Shown here one piece after another: positions 56,774 to 64,000 of a stretch of DNA of 64,000 bases. Source of the DNA: an uncultured Pseudomonadota bacterium (GTDB taxonomy: Bacteria > Pseudomonadota > Alphaproteobacteria > Acetobacterales > Acetobacteraceae). The stretch is from NCBI GenBank assembly GCA_963830565.1, contig CAWHMO010000016.1, forward strand, positions 26,763 to 90,762, given 5' to 3'. The translations under genes and the position numbers were made by a program. Under the pieces are notes generated by a model. That model saw nothing but the letters and a program-made list of their open reading frames with translations, ran no database searches and was not told the origin of the DNA. Position 1 is the first letter of the stretch, and each line of letters starts with the position of its first letter.

Positions 56774-56873
56774 GGGGCAAAGCCCGCGGAGTGATGATCG
56801 TTAATAAATCATAAAGGTCGTCAAAAATCTAGATGAATCTCGCTTACGCTAACCTGCGCGCTGCGGTCGCCGT

Positions 56874-58196
56874 GTGATGGATTTGGGAGTCGAAATCCTG
56901 GCCGTCCTGGTCCTGATCGGGTTGAATGGGCTGTTCTCCATGAGCGAACTCGCCTTGGTCTCGGCGCGGCGGGCGCGGCTTGCGGTGCTAGAGCGAAAGG
57001 GGCTCGCGGGCGCGGCGTCGGCGCGACGGCTGATCGACGACCCGCAGACATTCCTGCCCACGGTGCAGATCGGTGTTACCCTGGTCAGCGTCTTCACTGG
57101 CGTCCTCGGCGGCGCCCGCATCGCCGAGCGGCTCGCGGTCGCGCTGGCCCGCTTCCCGCTTGTGGCACCGGCGGCTGATACGCTGGCAATCGCGCTCGTC
57201 GTCGTGCTGACGACCTATCTGACGCTGGTGTTGGGCGAGCTGGTGCCAAAACAGCTTGCCTTGCGTCGCCCGGAGCATGTGGCGGCGCGTGTGGCGCGGC
57301 CGATCGCCTGGATTGCGCGCGCCACCGCCCCCGTTGTCTGGCTGCTCGGCTATTCCACCGCGTTTGTGCTTCGCCTGTTCGGCCTATCGCGTGCCGCGAG
57401 GGAGACGGTGACCGAGGAGGAGCTGAAGGCGCTGCTGGCCGAGGGTGCGCGGGCGGGGGTGCTCGAGGTCGAGGAGCGCGACATGATCGAGCGCGTCCTG
57501 CGGCTCGCCGACAAGCCCGTCCGGGCCATCATGACCCCGCGCACCGAACTGGCCTGGATCGACCGCACCGACCCGCCGCGCGATATCGCCCAGACCCTTC
57601 GCGCGGCTCCGCATTCGCGCTTCGTCGTCTGCGACGGGGCGGTGGACAATGTCGTGGGCGTGGTGCAGGCGAAGGATATCCTGGACCGCATCCTCGCCGG
57701 CGGCGAGCTGTCGGTGGCGGCGGCGCTGCGCCAGCCGGTGGTGCTCCCCGACACCGTCACCGCCCTCGATGCGCTGGAGCGGCTGCGTGGGGATGCCCTG
57801 GGCATGGCGCTCATCATGGACGAGTACGGCAGCTTCGAGGGCGTGGTGACGGCGGTTGACGTGCTGCTGGCGATCGTGGGCGACCCGACGGACGCGGCCG
57901 CGCAGCCCGCCGGGCCCGCGAGTCCGGATGGCGAGGCGGCGCTCATGCTGGACGGCTTGATGCCCGTGGATGAAGTGAAGGCGCGGCTCGGCCTGCCGGA
58001 TCTGCCTGGCGAGGGCAGCTATCATACCCTGGCTGGCTTGCTCCTCGCCTTGCTGCGTCGGGTTCCCCGTGCCGGAGACCGCATCGTGTTCGACGGCTGG
58101 AGGTTCGAAGTGGTCGAGATGGACGGCCGCCGCGTCGCCCGCGTGCGCGCGAGCCGTGACGCCCCGGCCATCCCGGTGACTCAGCACGCGGACTGA
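56874..58196 (+). CDS. hemolysin-family/CNNM transporter (DUF21-CBS pair-CorC_HlyC)
   Basis: LNGLFSMSELALVSARRARL (DUF21), a CBS region (VRAIMTPRTEL...VCDGAVDNVVGVV) and a CorC C-terminus (RFEVVEMDGRRVARVR). Confidence 0.88.
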   Translation: MMDLGVEILAVLVLIGLNGLFSMSELALVSARRARLAVLERKGLAGAASARRLIDDPQTFLPTVQIGVTLVSVFTGVLGGARIAERLAVALARFPLVAPAADTLAIALVVVLTTYLTLVLGELVPKQLALRRPEHVAARVARPIAWIARATAPVVWLLGYSTAFVLRLFGLSRAARETVTEEELKALLAEGARAGVLEVEERDMIERVLRLADKPVRAIMTPRTELAWIDRTDPPRDIAQTLRAAPHSRFVVCDGAVDNVVGVVQAKDILDRILAGGELSVAAALRQPVVLPDTVTALDALERLRGDALGMALIMDEYGSFEGVVTAVDVLLAIVGDPTDAAAQPAGPASPDGEAALMLDGLMPVDEVKARLGLPDLPGEGSYHTLAGLLLALLRRVPRAGDRIVFDGWRFEVVEMDGRRVARVRASRDAPAIPVTQHAD

Positions 58197-58326
58197 ACCC
58201 GGCGCGGCGGATGCACCGGAAGTTGAAGCCGCTGCTCCTGTTCGGCCGCGCGTCATACCGTCCGGCGCGCGACTTCGGGAAACGGAGGTGCTTGTCTGCG
58301 CGGGCAACTGGAAGCACTTTACGCGC

Positions 58327-59845
58327 ATGAAGGTCCTGTTCGCGACGAGCGAGTTCGCCGACTTCACCAAGTCGGGCGGCCTGGGGGAAGTTGCCGCCGG
58401 GCTGCCGCGCGCCCTGCGCCGTCTCGGGGCGGATGTGCGCATCCTCATGCCTGGATATCCCGCGGTTCTGGCCAAGGCGCCCGAGATCAGACTGATCGGA
58501 ACCCTTCCGGGGCGTTCCGGGATTCCGCCATGCCGGCTCGGGCAGATCAGGACGGCCGACGGGCTGATCGTCTATGTGCTGCTCGCGCCCTCGCTCTATC
58601 AGCGGCGCGGCGCCGCCTATTCGCGGCCCGACGGGACCGACTTCCCCGACAACGACCTGCGCATGGGCCGGCTCTCGCTGGCCGCCGCCGAGATCGCGCG
58701 CGGGCGAGGCGGAGTCGGTTGGCAACCCGACCTCCTGCACGTGAACGACTGGCCCGGCGCGCTCGCGCCGGCCTATCTACGATGGGAGAATGCCTCCGTT
58801 CCGACCCTTCTCTCGGTGCATAACCTTGCCCACCAGGGTGTGTTCAGTGCCGACCACCGGCACGGGCTGGGCATTCCCGAATGGGCCTTCAGCCATCGAC
58901 GGAGTGGAGTTCCACGGCAACGTCTCGTTCATGAAGGCGGGGCTTTTCTATGCCGACCATGTCTGCGCCGTCAGCCCGACCTACGCGCGCGAGATCACCA
59001 CGGAGGCACTAGGAAACGGCCTGCATGGGCTGACACAGGGCCTGGCAGCGCGCGGCCAGCTCAGCGGCATCGTCAACGGCATCGACGAGAGGCTTTGGGA
59101 TCCCGAGACCGATCCCTATCTGGCGGTCCATTTCGGGCCCGCAGATGCCGTCCGCAAGCGCGCGACCGCCGATCTGGTACGGACCGGCCTCTGCCTGGCG
59201 CCGTCCGAGGGGCCGATGTTCGGGGTGGTGTCGCGCCTTGTGCAGCAGAAGGGGCTCGACCTCGTCGCGGAGGTCGCCCCGGAGATCGTGCGCGGCGGCG
59301 GACAGATCGCCATTCTCGGGCTGGGCGAGCCGCAGACGGAGCTGATGCTGAACCGGCTATCGCGCCGCCATCGCGACCATTTCGGCGTTCTGGTCGGCTT
59401 CAACGAGCCGATGGCGCACAGCATCCTCGCCGCCAGCGACTTCCTGCTGATGCCCTCGCGTTTCGAGCCGTGCGGTCTGACGCAGATGCAGGCGCAGCGG
59501 CTGGGTACATTGCCGATCGCGCACGCGACCGGCGGCCTCGCCGACACGGTCGAGGATGGAGTGACCGGATTCCTGTTCCACGACCTCTCGCCCGAGCGCC
59601 TGTTGGCCGCCTGCCGTCGCGGCTTCGAGGTGTTTCACGAACCGGCGCGGTTCGCGGACATGCGCCGGGCCGCGATGGCCCGTCATTTCGGCTGGGCATG
59701 GGCCGCGAGGGAGTACCTGGCGCTCTATTCCCGCCTTTCTGGCCAGCCCATCCCCGCGCCGCCTCCCGAGCCCGTGCCCGAAGTCGAGCGCGAAGCCGCG
59801 GCCCCGGCGAGGGCGGGCGCGGCGCCCGCTCTGCAAGCCGCCTGA
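58327..59845 (+). pseudogene. glgA: glycogen synthase GlgA, one frameshift (possible sequencing indel)
   Basis: MKVLFATSEFADFTKSGGLGEV...HVNDWPGALAP...SVHNLAHQGVF in ORF 58288.. continues in ORF 58790..59845 as IDGVEFHGNVSFMKAGLFYADHVCAVSPTYAREI...MPSRFEPCGLTQM. The switch is at AGCCATC, 58893-58896. Confidence 0.85.
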
Positions 59846-59851
59846 ACCCGC

Positions 59852-60736
59852 CTACGTGATCTCCCGATTCATCGCCATCTCGTAGACGCGCAGCACGGAG
59901 CTCGAGTCTCCGCTGCCTAGGCCGTGGGCGCGCGCCATGCGCATCAGGTTCATGACCTGGGGCGCGATCATCCCCGGCAGACCGACTTCGTCGGCCATCT
60001 CCAGCGCCAGCCGCAGGTCCTTGTGCGCAAGGTCGAGGGCAAAGCCCGGCTTGAAGTCGCGGGCGAACGCCTTGGAGCCGAGCCCCCGGAACGCGTCGGA
60101 GTTGCCCGAGGCGTTGCAGATCACATCGTACAGCTTGCGGATATCGATCCCGGCCAGCAGCCCGAGCATCATCGCCTCGGACGCGGCAGCGGCGTTGCAG
60201 AAGGCGAGCATGTTGTTGCACAGCTTGGCGACCGATCCCATGCCGACCTCGCCGACATGGATCACCTCCTTGCTGAAGGACTTCAGCAGCGGCAACTGCG
60301 TCTCGAACACCGCCCGGTCGCCGCCGACCATGATGACGATGGTCCCGTCGGTGGCACGCGGCACGCCGCCCGAGACCGGCGCCTCCAGCATGGCGATGCC
60401 CTTAGCCTGCATGCCCGCCTGCACGCGCCTCGCGGTGGCGGGCGAGTTGGTCGAGAGGTCGATGAGTACGGTGCCGGGCCGCGCGCTCTCGGCGATGCCG
60501 CCGGTACCAAGCGCCACCTCCTCGACATGGCGCGGCATGGGCAGCGAGGTGAAAACGATCTCCGAGCCGGCGGCGACCTCGGCCAGCGAGGTGCCGGCGG
60601 CGGCGCCCAGCGCGGTGCAGGCCGCCATGGCGTCTGGATTCAGGTCGTAGGTCGTGACCTGGTGGTTGGTGTTGCGGATGATGTTGCGGCACATGGGGCC
60701 GCCCATGTTGCCGACCCCGATGAACCCGACCTTCAT
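59852..60736 (-). CDS. NAD(P)-dependent 3-hydroxyisobutyrate/2-hydroxy-3-oxopropionate dehydrogenase family oxidoreductase
   Basis: Internal start MKVGFIGVGNMGGPM at residue 70 of ORF 59852..60943. Also MLEAPVSGG and KDLRLALE. Confidence 0.85.
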   Translation of the reverse strand: MKVGFIGVGNMGGPMCRNIIRNTNHQVTTYDLNPDAMAACTALGAAAGTSLAEVAAGSEIVFTSLPMPRHVEEVALGTGGIAESARPGTVLIDLSTNSPATARRVQAGMQAKGIAMLEAPVSGGVPRATDGTIVIMVGGDRAVFETQLPLLKSFSKEVIHVGEVGMGSVAKLCNNMLAFCNAAAASEAMMLGLLAGIDIRKLYDVICNASGNSDAFRGLGSKAFARDFKPGFALDLAHKDLRLALEMADEVGLPGMIAPQVMNLMRMARAHGLGSGDSSSVLRVYEMAMNREIT

Positions 60737-60749
60737 GCGTCCTCTCCCT

Positions 60750-61988
60750 TCATTGTCCGCGGTGGCGCACATTGCCGCTTTGCGCCGGGATGCCCGTCTG
60801 CTCCCAGCACACCCGCGCCAGCGCGGCGACGCCAGCGCGGATCTGGTCGTGACTTGGCAGCGCGAAGCACAAGCGCAGGTGCGAGGCCGCGTGATCCGGG
60901 TCGCAGGCCCATTCGGGGCCGGGGTTGAAGGCGATCCCGGCATCGGCGGCGGGCTTGACCAGCTTGCGCACGTCCACCGCGTCCGGCAGCTTCATCCACA
61001 GAAAGATGCCGCCGCGCGGGCGCCAGGTCTCGACCGCGGCGCCGAACTCGCGCTCGAGTGCCTCCTGCATCGCGCGCAGCTTTTCGTTCAACCCGGCGCT
61101 CAGTTCCCGCACATGCGCGTCGAAGTGGCGCGTGAAATATTCGGCGACCACCATCTGATCCAGCGCCCCGGTGCCACCATCCGATTTCATCGCGACCATG
61201 CGCGACAGCGCCGGCCATTGCGCGATCGCGTAGCCGACGCGCAGCGCCGGGGCCAAGCTCTTGGAGAACGAGCCGATGTGAATCACCTGCGCCGGATCGA
61301 GTGCGTACAGCGCCGCGGGCGCCTCCACCCCGGCCCAGAGCAGGTCGGCGTAGCACTCATCCTCGAACACCACGACGCCGTACTCGCGCGCGAGCCGCAG
61401 CAGGGCGTTGCGCCGGTCGAGGGGCAGAATCGACCCGGTCGGGTTCTGGATCGTCGGGATGGTGTAGATGTATTTGGGGGTCACGCCCTTACGCTTGAGG
61501 TCGCCGAGGATGTTCTCCAGCGCGTCGGGCCGGATGCCCTCCTCGTCCAGCGGCATTCCGACGATGGCGACTCCGGCCTTTCTTAGCTTGTTGATGGCAC
61601 CGCCATAGGAGAATTCCTCCACCAGCACCGTGTCGCCGGGCGCCAGCAGCAGGCGGTTGACGAGATCGATCCCCTGGCCGGAACCCGAGGTGATGAGCAC
61701 GTCCTCCACGCCGCAGGCGATCCCGCGATGCTCACGGGACTTCGCGGCAACGAACTGGCGCAACCCGGCATAGCCTTGCGGCCCGTGCGCGAGATTGTAC
61801 ATCGCGAGCTTCGCGCCATCGCGCCGCAGCACCGATGCCGCCGCTTCGATCAGGGCATCAATCGGGATCAGCGTCGGATCGTTGTGGCCGCCAACGAAGT
61901 TGTAATCCGGGAAGCCGGTGAACCTTGGCGCCGGCTCCGGCAGTCCATCGGCAAACCGCCGCGCGATATCAAACCCGGAACCATCCAT
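60750..61988 (-). CDS. PLP-dependent aminotransferase (class I/II, ARO8/2-aminoadipate aminotransferase-like)
   Basis: YTIPTIQNPTGSILPLDRR, VFEDECYADL, SFSKSLAPALRVGY (PLP Lys). Confidence 0.85.
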   Translation of the reverse strand: MDGSGFDIARRFADGLPEPAPRFTGFPDYNFVGGHNDPTLIPIDALIEAAASVLRRDGAKLAMYNLAHGPQGYAGLRQFVAAKSREHRGIACGVEDVLITSGSGQGIDLVNRLLLAPGDTVLVEEFSYGGAINKLRKAGVAIVGMPLDEEGIRPDALENILGDLKRKGVTPKYIYTIPTIQNPTGSILPLDRRNALLRLAREYGVVVFEDECYADLLWAGVEAPAALYALDPAQVIHIGSFSKSLAPALRVGYAIAQWPALSRMVAMKSDGGTGALDQMVVAEYFTRHFDAHVRELSAGLNEKLRAMQEALEREFGAAVETWRPRGGIFLWMKLPDAVDVRKLVKPAADAGIAFNPGPEWACDPDHAASHLRLCFALPSHDQIRAGVAALARVCWEQTGIPAQSGNVRHRGQ

Positions 61989-62124
61989 CGCTGCCTCCCG
62001 CTCTCGCCCGCATGCTGCGCAGCCTGCGGGCGAGGCGCAAGCTCCGGCCTATCCTATCCTCTCCCGCAAGGGCTGCTCAGGCGACGGACCTGGAAGGGCT
62101 GATCGCGGAAGGGCCGGATGGGCT

Positions 62125-62688
62125 GCCCGTCCCGGCGAGCTGATCCACCTCGACACCAAGAAGCTCGGCCGCATCGAAGGGATCGGCCACCGCATCACCG
62201 GCCATCACACCGGCATGGTGCGCAACCGCGGCATCGGCTGGGACGACCTGCACGTCGCCATCGATGACGCGAGCCGGCTCGCCTACACCGAACTCCTGCC
62301 CGACGAGCGCAAGGAGAGCGCCACGGGCTTTCTCTCCCGAGCGCTCGCCTGGTTCGCTCGCCACGGCGTCACGGTCGAGCGCGTCATGACCGACAACGGC
62401 TCGGCCTACCGCTCGCGCGATTTCGCCGCCGCGCTCGCCGCCGCCAGGCTGCGCCACATCCGCACCCGGCCCTACACGCCGCGCACCAACGGCAAGGCCG
62501 AGCGGTTCATCCAGTCGTCGTTGCGTGAATGGGCTTACGCACAGCCGTTCCAAACCTCCAGCGAACGAGGCACCGCGATGCGGCACTGGATCGACGACTA
62601 TAACCACAGCCGACCCCACTCAGCCCTCGGCGGACTTCCACCCATCAGCCGTATCGCCAGGGACAACCTCCTTGGCAATGACACCTAG
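62125..62688 (+). pseudogene. IS481-family transposase remnant (5'-truncated; integrase core only)
   Basis: RPGELIHLDTKKLGRI...HVAIDDASRLAYTEL...MTDNGSAYRS...TRPYTPRTNGKAERF...YNHSRPHSALGG is the DDE rve core. The roughly 100-aa HTH N-terminus is missing. Confidence 0.8.
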
Positions 62689-63407
62689 CTCGGCGCCTCG
62701 CATGCGTCGGCCAGCGCGGCCAGACTTTCGAAGCGGAAGTCCCAGCGCACGCCGGCCGGGGGTGACGCGGTCGCGCCCCAGCCTTGCGTGCCGGCGCGGC
62801 GGTCGATCCAGGCGGAGGCGAGGCCGGCCTCATTGGCCGGGGCGTGGTCATGAAACAGGCTTTGCGCGACATGCAGGATCGCCTCGGCCGCGATGCCCCG
62901 TTCGGCAAGCCGAGCGATCAGGAACGCGAAGTTGCGCGGATCGGGCTTGTAGGAGCCGATCTCCTGGGCCGTGAACACGTCGTCGAAGGCGACGCCCAGC
63001 CGGGGCAGCGTGCGCGCGAAGCTCGCGTGATCGATGTTGGACAGGATCACCAGCCGATAGCGGCGCTGCAGCCGACGCAGGGCGGAAGCGGTGTCGGCGA
63101 AGGCAGGCCAGTCGCCCACGCTGGCGCCAAAACGGCCCGCCTCCTCCCGGTCCGGTGCGGCGCCCCATGCGGTCGCCAGGCGCCGGTGGACCTCGGCCAG
63201 CACCTCGGCATAGCGCAGCCTTGGCGTCTCGACCTGCACGCGACTCTCGATTTCAGCGAACCGCGCCAGCGCCGCTTCGCGTGCCGGGGTTGCCTCGCAG
63301 CGCGAAAGCAGCGGCTGCAACGCGGCCCACAACCCGGTTTCCCAGTCGATCAACGTGCCGTAGCAATCGAAGGAGAGCGCGGCGAAGTCCTGGAGCCGCT
63401 TCACCAT
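62685..63407 (-). CDS. HAD-superfamily hydrolase, type II haloacid dehalogenase-like
   Basis: LSFDCYGTLIDWE (DxYGT motif), ILSNID, SYKPDPRNF. Confidence 0.85.
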   Translation of the reverse strand: MVKRLQDFAALSFDCYGTLIDWETGLWAALQPLLSRCEATPAREAALARFAEIESRVQVETPRLRYAEVLAEVHRRLATAWGAAPDREEAGRFGASVGDWPAFADTASALRRLQRRYRLVILSNIDHASFARTLPRLGVAFDDVFTAQEIGSYKPDPRNFAFLIARLAERGIAAEAILHVAQSLFHDHAPANEAGLASAWIDRRAGTQGWGATASPPAGVRWDFRFESLAALADACEAPS

Positions 63408-64000
63408 CCGCCAGCCTCCGCGACCTGTGCCAGCCAGGCGCGCACGCCGGCGGGATGCGCAAAGGCATCCGCGACCAGCAATCCCGCCCCGCCCATGGAA
63501 TTGGCCATGCGGATGCCATCATGGTCGGTCACGTCGTCGCCGATGAAGACCGGCAGGCGGCCTGCGAAGGGCGGACGGGCCATCAGCGCGGCGACCGCAC
63601 CGCCCTTGTCCGCGCCGCGCGGGCGGATTTCCCAGGCCATGTTGCCGTCCAGCAGCTCGAACGCGGGAGAATCCGGCCACCAAGCCGCGCAGCAGCGCGC
63701 CGAAGCCGGGGCCGGCGTCAGGCGCCTCCCGATAATGCAGGACAAAGCCGCGCGCCTTGCGCTCCAGCCGCGCGCCGGGATGGGCGGCGGCCGCCCGCTC
63801 GGCTGTGGCCAGCCAAGCTTCCGGAGCAGCGGGCAGCGCCGGCCGCTCGATCGGGCCGCCGGGCCCGTGGCGGATCGCGCCGCCATGCTCGCCCGCGACG
63901 GCGTGCGGCGCGTCCCCGAGCAGCCGATCCACCTGTACGATCTCCCGCCCGCTGATGACGCCCAGCGCACCGTCCAGCAACGGCTTGATCCGGCCGAGAG
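63401..64000 (-). pseudogene. otsB: trehalose-phosphatase OtsB (5' end beyond the window), one frameshift
   Basis: ORF 63519..63980 (GVISGREI...AVAGEHGGAIR...GFVLHYREAP) continues in ORF 63401..63970 as AFELLDGNMAWEIRPRGADKGGAV...VFIGDDVTDHDG. The switch is near 63665-63675. The stop overlaps the HAD start. Confidence 0.8.

Overview
The window is a visibly high-G+C bacterial chromosomal segment. I did not compute G+C. Its gene content looks alphaproteobacterial: class I LysRS, glnB-glnA, pstSCA, phaB/scoAB/thiolase, and Fe3+-type and Liv-type ABC transporters. All homology calls come from reading the supplied translations against remembered family motifs; no searches were run.

The core backbone runs as follows:
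- fetAB-like exporter
- acyl-CoA dehydrogenase plus a sucCD-like CoA-ligase pair
- Fe3+-type ABC importer and livHMGF
- yhaO/yhaN-like SbcCD paralogues
- pstSCA
- MBL lactonase, phaB and scoAB
- a 9-gene co-directional minus-strand array: DUF2937, DinG-like helicase, TerB-like, split-beta nitrile-hydratase trio, wHTH, SPFH, AACS-like stub
- Liv-type SBP and thiolase
- lysK-mprF, maoC and rmuC
- glnBA, an aminotransferase and tRNA-His
- CNNM transporter, glgA, a dehydrogenase/aminotransferase pair, and HAD-otsB

Several A/T-richer or decayed islets interrupt this backbone.

The strongest novelty candidates are:
1. A low-GC insert right after livF that encodes a Macro domain fused to a nucleoside-deoxyribosyltransferase/TIR-like domain (12197-13278).
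2. A 2.0-kb element carrying only a large serine recombinase. It is bounded by 21-bp inverted repeats (19/21 identical) and sits in frame inside an IS5-family transposase gene (43217-45217).
3. A translationally coupled three-subunit (split-beta) Co-type nitrile-hydratase-family operon (28871-30050).
4. An orphan, low-GC hcp (36742-37314).

At least 11 reading-frame disruptions occur in the window, including in housekeeping genes such as glgA and otsB. Several sit at short homopolymers, so many pseudogene calls here may be assembly indels. I saw no CRISPR array, rRNA gene or second tRNA.
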